Shown in pieces: positions 10,159 through 20,000 of a stretch of 20,000 nt of DNA (within the stretch, counting starts at the first letter, position 1; each line of letters starts with the position of its first letter). Below the pieces are notes generated by a model, which saw only the letters and a program-made list of their open reading frames with translations, made no database searches and had not been told where the DNA came from. The DNA comes from Ancylonema sp. (taxonomy: Eukaryota), in assembly GCA_050230475.1 (NCBI GenBank), contig JBFLGF010000097.1, forward strand, positions 50,435 through 70,434, written 5' to 3'. The translations under genes were made by a program, and so were the position numbers.

Positions 10159-13100
10159 ATGTTTTTCCTTCTGAAGTTAGAAAAGAACCTCCAACTACAT
10201 CCACGTTTCTTCGGGCGTGGATTGCGCCAAAAGCTCGAGGAGAAACTAAAGGAGGAGGTCGAGGGGACATGCACGTGCGTACGCCTGAACCTGAACATCA
10301 TTTTTATTCTGTGATGGCAAATCGAGACCAGGAAAAATCAGGATTTACCTGCTTTCCGCGAGAAAGGGACGGAAACCGATTCTTTTGATGTGATTCTGCC
10401 CTATGCCAAAATGGCAACTTTGAGTCGCTCCTTGCAGTACATATTGCTGACGTCCGCATCCGGAGTCGAAGACAAAAAAATTCCATCTGCTCCTTCAAAT
10501 ATTAGTATTATTATTATATTGTTATTACATTGTTATATTGTTAAATTGTTATATTATTAATGTATTAATATATTGTATTATTATATTATTACATTATTAC
10601 ATTATTACATTATTATTATATTATTATATTATTATATTATTATATTATTGTATTATTATATTATTATACTATTATACTGTTATACTGTTATACTGTTATA
10701 CTGTTATACTGTTATACTGTTATACTGTTATGCTGTTATGCTGTTATCCTGTTATGCTGTTATACTGTTATACTGTTATACTGTTATACTGTTATACTGT
10801 TATACTGTTATACTGTTATACTGTTATACTGTTATACTGTTATACTGTTATACTGTTATACTGTTAGACTGTTACACTGTTACACTGTTACACTGTTACA
10901 CTGTTAGACTGTTATACTGTCATACTGTCATACTGTCATCCTGTCATGCTGTCATACTGTCATACTGTCATACTGTCATACTGTCATACTGTCATACTGT
11001 CATACTGTCATACTGTCATACTGTCATACTGTCATACTGTCATACTGTCATACTGTCATACTGTCATACTGTCATACTGTCATACTGTCATACTGTCATA
11101 CTGTCATACTGTCATACTGTCATACTGTCATACTGTCATACTGTCATACTGTCATACTGTCATACTGTCATACTGTCATACTGTCATACTGTCATACTGT
11201 CATACTGTCATACTGTCATACTGTCATACTGTCATACTGTCATACTGTCATACTGTCATACTGTCATACTGTCATACTGTCATACTGTCATACTGTCATA
11301 CTGTCATACTGTCATACTGTCATACTGTCATACTGTCATACTGTCATACTGTCATACTGTCATACTGTCATACTGTCATACTGTCATACTGTCATACTGT
11401 CATACTGTCATACTGTCATACTGTCATACTGTCAGACTGTCAGACTGTCAGACTGTCAGACTGTCAGACTGTCAGACTGTCAGACTGTCAGACTGTCAGA
11501 CTGTTACACTCTTACACTCTTACACTATTACACTATTACACTAATACACTATTACACTATTACACTATTACACTATTACACTATTACACTATTACACTAT
11601 AATATCATTATATCATTCTATCATTAACCAGAAATGTGCCCGACCGCAATGGTTCTTTTCCTGCCCTGCCCCTCTCCTATCCCACCAAAAATAAGTTTAT
11701 CCCTCTCGTGCATTCATTTTTACGTACTTTTCTGTATCTCCCATATCTACCTGCGTAGATTAAAAAAATGTTTCAATGTAAATCATACACACCCAGATGT
11801 TTCACTTCCAACCCACCCCTCAACCCCACCCATAGGAAGGGGGGGATGGTAGGAAAGCCCACAGTCCCCCCCTTCCTAACCACCCTAAACTTAATCACAG
11901 ACCTCAAACTCTAAATTTCCAAGCCATCAACCTACACCATAAACTCTAAACCTCACACCCTGACCCTAAACCCTAACCTCTGAATCCTACCTCTAAACCC
12001 TAAACCATTCACCCTGAACCCTGAACATCGTCTGCGGTATCCCTTCCGTTGCGTGCACAGGGGGCGTCACGGTTTCATAGTGTGTGTGGAGCGTGTGCTG
12101 GCCACGGGTACGGGGATGATCCGAGATGGCACCGGGTATGTCTCCTTCCCGGTGAAGTATGAGGCCGTGGTGTTCCGCCCCTTCAAGGGCGAGGTGCTAG
12201 AGGCGGTGGTCACGATTGTGAATAAGGTGCCTATCATATACTCTCACGTCCTCCCCTCTTGTTACTTTCTATTGTAGTATGTTTAGCCCTGTTAGTTTTT
12301 AGTTCATTTTCATGTTTTTGGTATGAAAGATGACTGCATTTGATTTAGTGACCAGGTGTGCGATGTGATCAACGTATGGTGGAAGACCCGGATATGAACC
12401 CCAACAGCCCCAAAAACCCTAAAGTTCAACTGGAAATGGTCGAAAATGTGTCAAAAAGAAAAATAAATTACGTGTCATCATCGGACATTGCGAGTATCGA
12501 TGGTATACACATGTTGGTGTTGGGTATTTTGGGTATTGGGTTCAGATGGGATTCTTTGCTGAGGCAGGACCCGTCCAAATCTTTGTATCGAGTCATGTGA
12601 GTCCAGCCCTTACCCATCTCTACACCCATATCGAAATGATTTATGTTTAAAGGTTCGCCCCCCATCCGCATTGATGCGACTTCAACCCTGACAGTGATAT
12701 CGTCGGTTTGTTTTTGGGAGCAGCTCATTCCCGAAAATATGAAATTCACGACAGGAGACGTGAACTGCTACCTGCAAGTCGAGGGGACGGTAGGGTGGAT
12801 TGAGGGGTTGGGGCCAAATGTGATGGGGGTCGGTTATCATCTCCTTAAGTGGGCGGGAAGGGTCGCAATTTGTCTCGAGTTTTAAGGTTTGAGGTTTGTT
12901 TAAGTATTGGGGATCTAGTTTAGGAAGGGTTCTGAGCGGGCTAGTCATAGGAGTCGTGAAAATTTAGTCGCTCTCATTACATCCGTCGCACAATTGTGTA
13001 GCTTGGATACTTTTGTGGTTCCAATGTTTGTCACGAAATCCCAAAAGTTGTGGACTCGGGCACGCAATGTTTGGCTGCGGACTTATTATTCTCCTGTTCT

Positions 13101-13598
13101 CGTTTTCGCAACATGCTTACCTTCAGCTCAAAATTCAAAAGGATAGCGAAGTGCTGCTGAGGGTGGTGGGCACGAGAGTCGATGCCACAGAAATCGTGAG
13201 AATCCGCACGTATCTCACAAAAAGCTCACCAAAAGTGGAAATATCTTTGTTATTGCGGCTCATTGTCTCGATACAAACAACATCCCTCTACCCATGACCT
13301 AGAAACCATGATGTTGTATATTGTGTGGTAGAGGATCTCTTCGTTTGCATTATGTATCATTTGTTGTGGGGTAGGGGAGGGGGATTTACATTTACATGCA
13401 TGTATATTAGGGTGGCCCTTAGCGACTTGAGATTGCGGTTTGGTTGTAATAAAAGTTGTGATTCAATTGAGAGTTGAGTCAATTCCATGTTTTCATTCAA
13501 CCTTATTTTTGGGGGGGTTCTGAATTGACTTGCAGTTCTGCATCGGAACGATCAAAGACAACTTTTTGGGACTCAATCCAAACATGGAAACCATGTAG
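10159..13598 (+). CDS. RPB7: DNA-directed RNA polymerase II subunit RPB7, copy B (6 exons, 176 aa)
   Basis: Exons 10159-10274, 12061-12226, 12546-12596, 12724-12789, 13127-13195, 13536-13598, all GT-AG. The protein is identical to copy A except the last two residues (NMETM* versus NMEIA*). Confidence 0.95.
10499..11625. repeat. 8-bp tandem satellite (about 1.1 kb) in RPB7-B intron 1
   Basis: The unit shifts along the array: TTATTATA -> CTGTTATA -> CTGTCATA (about 10917-11430) -> CTGTCAGA -> CTATTACA. This produces the spurious YCHTVILS ORFs. Confidence 0.97.
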
Positions 13599-14596
13599 AA
13601 GAGCAATCAAATTTTGGCTGTAGAGGCTCGTACTCGCTTGCTTTATACCCATTTGTGTCATACTCTGTCGTGGACGCTGTCCAATTTTCGAGGTGTAGGA
13701 TCATCTTTATAGATTAGGTGTTTGATTAGGGTGTTTGGATTTCTGATTCACTTGCAAGTGTGTGCCACTTCATGTAGTGTGGAGGAGGTAGAAGTTGATG
13801 AGTAAGTGCCGTGAGGTCGTTGTGTTTTTCTACACTCAAAATTGACCTTGATCTTGGTCTTGAGGCTTCGTGGGTCGCAAATTTTCGCATATGTCTCATT
13901 AGAGCATTGTGGTGAACTCGTAAAGAAGTTGATAGGGTTCGATGTGAGAATATATACGAATCCAATGTCCGCGTTGTTTTACTACGTACGCTGATCTAGG
14001 TTGACCATCGATAGGTGGAAGAAAATAATATCGAGTGTAGTGATAAATTGGGCATGATTTTTTTTAATAATGTTAGACGTGGTTTCACGACTTGCAGATT
14101 GAGGTAAAACATTTTGTGTAAACATATGCACCACAGTGTGTGTCTCTGCTTCTGTAATTGTAATTACTGGATGGAATCGAGATGCCATATGCTTGCATCT
14201 AGTCATTCACTGTCGCAACTTTTAGGTACTTGACAAGGCTTGAAAAAAACGAGTCCTTTGCTTTGGGTGGACAAATGACCTTAGTACAAGACCCTTATAC
14301 AACCTAGGATTGCAAATAGGGCGAGAACATTGGACTTTCAACATATTTCGTGTTGGGCCGGCAAGACACCTGCCATGTCGGAGACCCGATACAGCGTCAG
14401 AAACGCCAGTGCCGGTATGCCTTGGCGGACACGGACCGTGTCGAACACGGGAGGGGCGCTAATCGGCGTGGTTTTCAACTGCGCAATACGGCGCAATGTC
14501 TGCGCAGCGGACTACATTTGGGCAAGAGAGATACATTTCGAAATGGCTGACGGCTGACGGCTGTGCCACAGTGGGCACCCTGCTTCTACACCGGAG

Positions 14597-17500
14597 ATGG
14601 CGCCCCAGACGCTTCCCCCGAAGGAGGCCAACCAATTCAAGCTGATCGTGGTCAGTATCCTCTATTTCTTCGTGAAAATCAATTTTCGGCGTAATTAAAA
14701 ATCGAAGAATTGTTGCAGCTCGTCAGTACTGGATGGAATGGACTGGACCTGCTCTGCTCCACATAGCACGACGTGAACTTCTTGCTTTTCCCGTCGATAA
14801 CTGGCTAATATTTCCTGAGTTCTGTCCGCAGAAAGCTTACGAGTCGAAGCAGTACAAGAAGGGCCTGAAAGCATCCGACAGCATACTGAAGAAGATGCCT
14901 GACCATGGAGGTAAGCAGCTGGAAGAGAATTTCGACGCTAAAAGCTTTCCGGGGTCTACAGCCAACAGATTGGTGTATACGGGATGCAGAGACCTTGTCG
15001 ATGAAGGGTCTCATTCTGAACTGCCTCGACCGCAAAACGGAGGCCTATGAGCTCGTTCGGCGCGGACTAAAGGTGAGTGAAAGGATGGCCGACGCCAAAT
15101 TCCGGAAATCGATGCAGGGTTGTGGACCCGGGGAGATTTCGGGATGGGGCACAGCATGATCTCAAGAGCCACGTCAGCTGGCACGTGTATGGGCTGCTGT
15201 ACCGGTCCGACCGGGAGTACTGGGAAGCCATCAAGTGCTACCGGAACGCGCTTCGCATCGACCCCGAGAACCTCCAGATTCTGAAAGACCTGTCACTGCT
15301 CCAGGCTCAAATGCGCGACCGGTTAGGGTTTGTGGAAACTCGGCGCCAGCTCCTCACCCTCAAGTCTAATAACCGTTCCAACTGGATCGCGTTCGCACTA
15401 GCCCAGTACCTGAACGGAAAGTGAGCTCCTCGCTCCAGCTGCCTTTCTGCCGCACTTTTGCCATTTTGCCGCCAAGATTGCAGACTTTTGACAGCAACAG
15501 GGGCGGCGATATGGGTGCAGTGCCTCCCAGGCGCTGGACATTCTTTCTGCCTACCAAGGCACTCTCGAGGAAGACTTCCCCCCCGACAACGAACGCTACG
15601 AGCACTCTGAAATCCTCCTCTACAAAGTGAACCCCCCACCCCCATCCCCCTCCCCAAACCCACCCTTTCCTGATCTCCGCTGACTGGGGTGAGGATGGGG
15701 GCAATTGCAGACAATGCTTCTGGAGGAAACCGGAAAATTCCAAAGGGCTCTAGACGAGCTGAGCAAAGAAGAAGCTTACATTGTAACATCCCCTCTCTCC
15801 CTCCCACCCCCCCTCGTCTACGACAGGTCCTAAAACCTCGGGTTCCGGGTTCATGTTTCTTTTGGGTCCAGGTCGACAAGCTCGCTTGCAAGGAGCAGCG
15901 TGCCTCTCTCCTCCTCAAACTCCAGCGCCCAGCCGAAGCGGAGCGGGTCTACCGCAGCCTCCTGGCCCTGAACCCTGACAACCACGCCTACTACTCCGGC
16001 CTCCAAGCCTGCTTGGGTTTAGGCCCCGGGCCTGGGGGCGCCTACAGCGCCTCCAAAGTGGCCAACCTCGTCCCCCTCTACCAGAAACTGAGGGACACCT
16101 ACCCCCGCTGCTCTGCCGCCAAACGCCTGCCCCTCGACTTCCTCTCTGGGGCGGCGTTCGACGCAAGGCTGGAGGACTACATCAAACCTCTGCTGAGGAA
16201 GGTAGAGGTGGAGGGGGCGGGTGAGGACAGGAAGGGCTGGAGGGGGCTTACCGAAGTGGGGGGGATGTGGGGTTGGCGAGCTGCAGGGGGTACCTTCGGT
16301 GTTCTCGGATCTACGCCCCCTCTACGCCCACCCGGGGAAGGTAACCCCTAACCACCCTTAACCTCAATTCCTCAAACCCTCGTCCTGTGGCCTGAACCCT
16401 GAACGCCTTTCCCCCCTGGCAGGCGGATGCCATGGAGGCTGTGTTCACGCGGTTAGAGACGGCTCTGCGGTTAACCGGCGCCTTCCCCCGTGCAGACCGG
16501 GATGCAGAGGAGGGGGAGGTGGAGAAGGAGCCCCCCTCCACCTTCCTTTGGCTCCTCTTCCTCCTCGCCCAGCACCACGACCGCCGTCGCAACACTCTCA
16601 CGGCCCTCCGGTGCATCGACGAAGCGATCCTGCACACCCCCACAGTGGCGGATTTGTATTTGGTGACGGGGAGGATCTTGAAGCACGGGGGGGCCCCTGT
16701 GGCGGCTGCTGAGCTGGCGGACGAGGCGAGGTCGATGGATTTGGCGGATCGGTTTTTGAATTCGGAGGCAGTGAAGAGGATGCTGCAGGCCGACCAGGTG
16801 GCGCGGGCTGAGCGGACGGCGGGTCTGTTCACTCGGGATGGGGAGCAGGCGGACACGCTGTTCGAGATGCAGTGCATGTGGTACGAGCTGGCGTGTGGGG
16901 ACAGCCACGTGCGGCAGGGGGCGGTGGGGAAGGCGCTGAAGAAGTACCTGGCAACCCACAAGCACTACAGCGACATGCTGGAGGACCAGTTCGACTTCCA
17001 CACCTACTGCCTGCGGAAGATGACACTGCGCGCCTACGTGGCGATGTTCAAGTGGGCCGATAACCTGCACGCCCACCGATACTTTTGCAAGGGGGCGCAC
17101 GGGGCGATCCGGTGCTACTTGAGACTGCACGACCATCCCCCCTCCAAACAGGCGGAGGAGGAGGAGGCAGCCATGGCTGCGCTGTCGGCAGCGGACCGGA
17201 AGAAGTTGCGTCAGAAGCAGAGGAAGGCAGAGGCCCGCGCAAAGAAAGAGTCGGAGGATGAGGATAAGGAGAAGGGCAAAGAGGAGACGCCAGGGGGTGC
17301 ACCCCCCCCCAAGCCCGCCAAAAAGGGGTCTGGACCAAAGATCGTAGACAACGACCCTAATGGAGAACAGCTGGCGGCCGTAGAGGAGCCCCTGGTCGAG
17401 GCGGGGAAGTATGTGGGGCTGCTACAGGAGCACGCGGGGGGGCAGCTGGAAACGCACCTGCTGGCGTTCGAGGTGTTTTTCCGGAGGAGGAAGGTGGTGA

Positions 17501-18363
17501 GGGCGCTGCAGGCACTGAAGCGGCAGATGCGGGTGGACCCCACCTCCGCGGCCGTGCACAGCTGCAAGATCCGCTTCTTCCACCTCATCGACTCCCTGCC
17601 GCCACCTGGCAGCGAGGAGGAGCAGCTTGTGCGGGCGGTCGTCGACTTGGAGAGGAGAGACAGGGGGTAAGGAAGAGCTGGGGGCTGGGGACTGAGGGGG
17701 CTGGGGCTGCTGGGGTTGGGATCAGCTGGGTGGGTAAACGTGGTCTAATGGTTTAGTGGCTGAGAGGGTGTTTTGTTGGGGGGATGGATGGGAGGGGTGC
17801 AGTTTGGTGGGGGTGGGGTTGCTGGAGATGAATGACACCCTCCTCAGAAGTAATCCGGATTCGCTCATGCACCGATGCACTGCCGCCCGCATGATGGTGC
17901 TCCTGGATCCCACTCACAGGGGGGCAGCGCTGGCTCTCATAGCCGAGAGCCCCTGTGTGCGGGCGGCGGGGGGGGGGGAGGTGGGTGAGGGGGTACCCGT
18001 GTGGCGTCTGTCTGAGTGTGTGGAGGTGCAGAGGGTTCTGGAGGGGGAGCTGGCAGACGCAGCCACCGCAGACAGTAAGGGGACCAACCCCCCCCCCCCC
18101 CCCGGGTGCCACCTGTTCTGGCTGGGAAAGGACAAGTGGGGTTCAGATGTGACACGTGTGGGGTTTGGGGTTCAGGATGGCGGGAGCAATGTGGGACCTT
18201 GTTTCCGCACGCCCTCTTTTTCGGGGGCGCGTCAAGTTCTGCTGCGAAAGCGGGATCTCGAAACACGGCGATGACAGACGGGGTGGAGGAGGGAGAGAGT
18301 TGTGTCAGCGAGGAGGGGGGGGAGGTGGTGTCGAATGGGGGGTCGAGACATCGCATTTACTGA
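14597..18363 (+). CDS. NAA15: N-terminal acetyltransferase A complex auxiliary subunit NAA15 (NAT1/NARG1 family, TPR protein), 11 exons, about 915 aa
   Basis: Exons 14597-14650, 14832-14910, 14990-15072, 15155-15420, 15521-15626, 15711-15782, 15872-16201, 16287-16340, 16423-17666, 17803-18074, 18176-18363 (2748 nt, all GT-AG, phases consistent). Characteristic motifs: [102 protein letters not shown], basic helix [27 protein letters not shown]. Confidence 0.96.
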
Positions 18364-18604
18364 CATAGGGGCTGAGTGTAGACCTGTTGTGTGCTAATTC
18401 CTTTTGTTTGCCTCGTTTAGGTTTTGAGAACAGAAGTCTCTTCTCTCCCAACCGTGTATGTTTCGGTGTGCTCTGTTTTCTCGCAAAGTGAAGCGCTTTG
18501 CATTTTTGGTGGAATCATGATTTCCGATGAGTACGCAAACCGGTTTGAGGACCTATGTCGATTCTTGGACCGTGCTGCAAATCATGAAGCGCAATTGTTA
18601 AAAC

Positions 18605-18624
18605 TGTTGTTGTTGTTGTTGTTG
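18605..18624. repeat. (TTG)n microsatellite (another at about 19067-19083)
   Basis: Directly visible trinucleotide repeat. Confidence 0.85.
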
Positions 18625-20000
18625 GTGACATGGACTCCCGCTCAAGGGACACCCTTGAGCGGTTAAAACAATTCGGCTCCCCCTCCGTCATGCTTCCTTG
18701 CAAGTGAAGAGATCGAGATCACCACTCACAGTCGTCATACAATCGAGCGAGATTGAGATTTCGACGAACACCACTCTCACTACTGCCGAATTAACCCTTC
18801 TCTTCCGTCATGCACACCTGTCGATAATCTTGTTTTTGTTCCCCACGGGCACATCCGCTACATTTTGGACCATAGTGGACCTTAGTTGCACAGTCCTCCA
18901 CAATTTCGTTTCTGGTCCGGGTTGGTCTTAGGAATGGGTCCCGGTCCGGATTGGTCCTCGCGGTCTGGTAGGTAGGGTTTTCTTTTAAATTTAAACTTCA
19001 AGAAACTTCAAATTAGGGGATTTATAAAACTCGGGACCACAAGACGTGTCCAATGCAGACATCAGATGTTGTTGTTGTTGTTGTGTTATGCACGATACAC
19101 ATTTTCGGTTGAATTAATTTTTGAAAACTCAAATTTGACATTTCGGTGCGAAAAGAAAGAATACCAAGTTGTTGTGCTATCTAGCATCGTCTACATACAC
19201 ACATGTAAAGCACCGCTATAACGAATATATCCGCATGTGCCATCGCACTACGAACACATCGACACGTGTATCCCACACGTGTGATCATGTGTAACACCAC
19301 ACGCCACCTCATCCGTGCGAACCCGCACGTGTGGTACAATGCACTACACACATGCGTACCCATGCCATGTGTGCAATCACAATCACACTCACTCACTCAT
19401 CTACACCATGCACCATCGGGCGCATGTGCACAACTCATACACATCTTCTCCATCATGTGCAAATTGATTCCGATCGTGTCAGAGTGAAGATTGGCTCAAG
19501 GCAAGGTGATTGCTGGGGTAGCTATACGTGAGTGTACGAAACTGTGAGATGGGTATAACTCTGACTTATACAAGAAGCTCGATCTATCGATGAGTTCGAC
19601 AATCAGTGATTCAATCACTGCATAATCAGATTAATAAAGCAATACCAGCCAGGATGCAGATAAAGCGATGACAAATCAGAGAGTATGCAAGGATAACGTT
19701 AAACACCACTAGGGCTCACTCTCACTCTAGCGTTAGAGTATTACAAAGTGAGAGTGTAAGGTCCTGCGCAATTGCAGGGACCGAACGTCGTACTAGCCTG
19801 TCGTCTAGTGCTACAAACTGTCATTCACGCACGTGTGATGTTTGCATCTACGTGTTACGTCCCTCCAACTATGCCGGCAGGGTCATACTGAGTTCGACCC
19901 TGCTCCTAGGGTCACAAACCTACGTAACGTACATCAACTGTACGTACTAGCAATTACGCGCGTGCGACATAACACACCGCCTACTACGGGTCCGTCGAGA

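Larger units (their letters stand above)
9432..14952 (+). repeat. Copy B of the duplicated RPB7-NAA15(5') block
   Basis: Collinear with 4830-9429 and about 0.9 kb longer, mainly from the intron-1 satellite. It continues into the full NAA15 gene. Confidence 0.95.

Noticed and set aside
10538..11602. Long ORFs (323, 218 and 109 aa) of YCHTVILS/LLYCYTVI repeats
   Set aside because: These are translations of a stop-free 8-bp satellite inside RPB7 intron 1, not proteins.
10499..11625. Possible CRISPR-like array
   Set aside because: The units are contiguous 8-mers with no unique spacers, there are no cas genes, and the context is eukaryotic.
5557..13598. RPB7 copies as Pol IV/V-specific NRPD7/NRPE7
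   Set aside because: Both retain introns and Pol II RPB7 motifs (LHPRFFG, FRPFKGE, GFFAEAGPVQIFVS, GTRVDA) and are 174/176 identical to each other.
16432..17670. 412-aa ORF as a stand-alone gene
   Set aside because: It is exon 9 of NAA15 (16423-17666). Its TAA lies within the GTAAG splice donor.
15307..18356. Long minus-strand and alternative-frame ORFs (203, 216, 221 and 139 aa)
   Set aside because: Shadow ORFs of GC-rich NAA15 exons with no recognisable motifs.

Overview
Eukaryotic genomic DNA with spliceosomal GT-AG introns. Protein similarity and telo-box-like repeats suggest a green plant or streptophyte alga (inference). Bases 1-5200 are repeat and transposon debris: TA microsatellites, a foldback inverted repeat, a Ty1/copia RNase H remnant with PPT and LTR start, a non-LTR RLE-endonuclease remnant, and pogo/Tc1-like MITE ends. 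The core is a two-gene block that appears twice, separated by a single N at 9430: a 6-exon RNA polymerase II subunit RPB7 gene (176 aa) followed by NAA15 (NatA auxiliary subunit). The first NAA15 copy stops at the N after exon 2. The second is complete (11 exons, about 915 aa, 14597-18363). The copies are identical at both flanks but clearly diverged in the middle (18 synonymous changes versus 2 amino-acid changes in RPB7 exons 2-6). This pattern fits two homeologs or haplotypes linearised in tandem by the assembler better than a true tandem duplication. The most interesting biology-level signals are (a) many introns lack a polypyrimidine tract and instead have a G-rich 3' end that can pair with an upstream intronic segment, forming a stem just before the acceptor AG, and (b) a 1.1-kb 8-bp intronic satellite whose unit changes stepwise along the array. 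I found no prokaryotic-type system (CRISPR, defence operon etc.).
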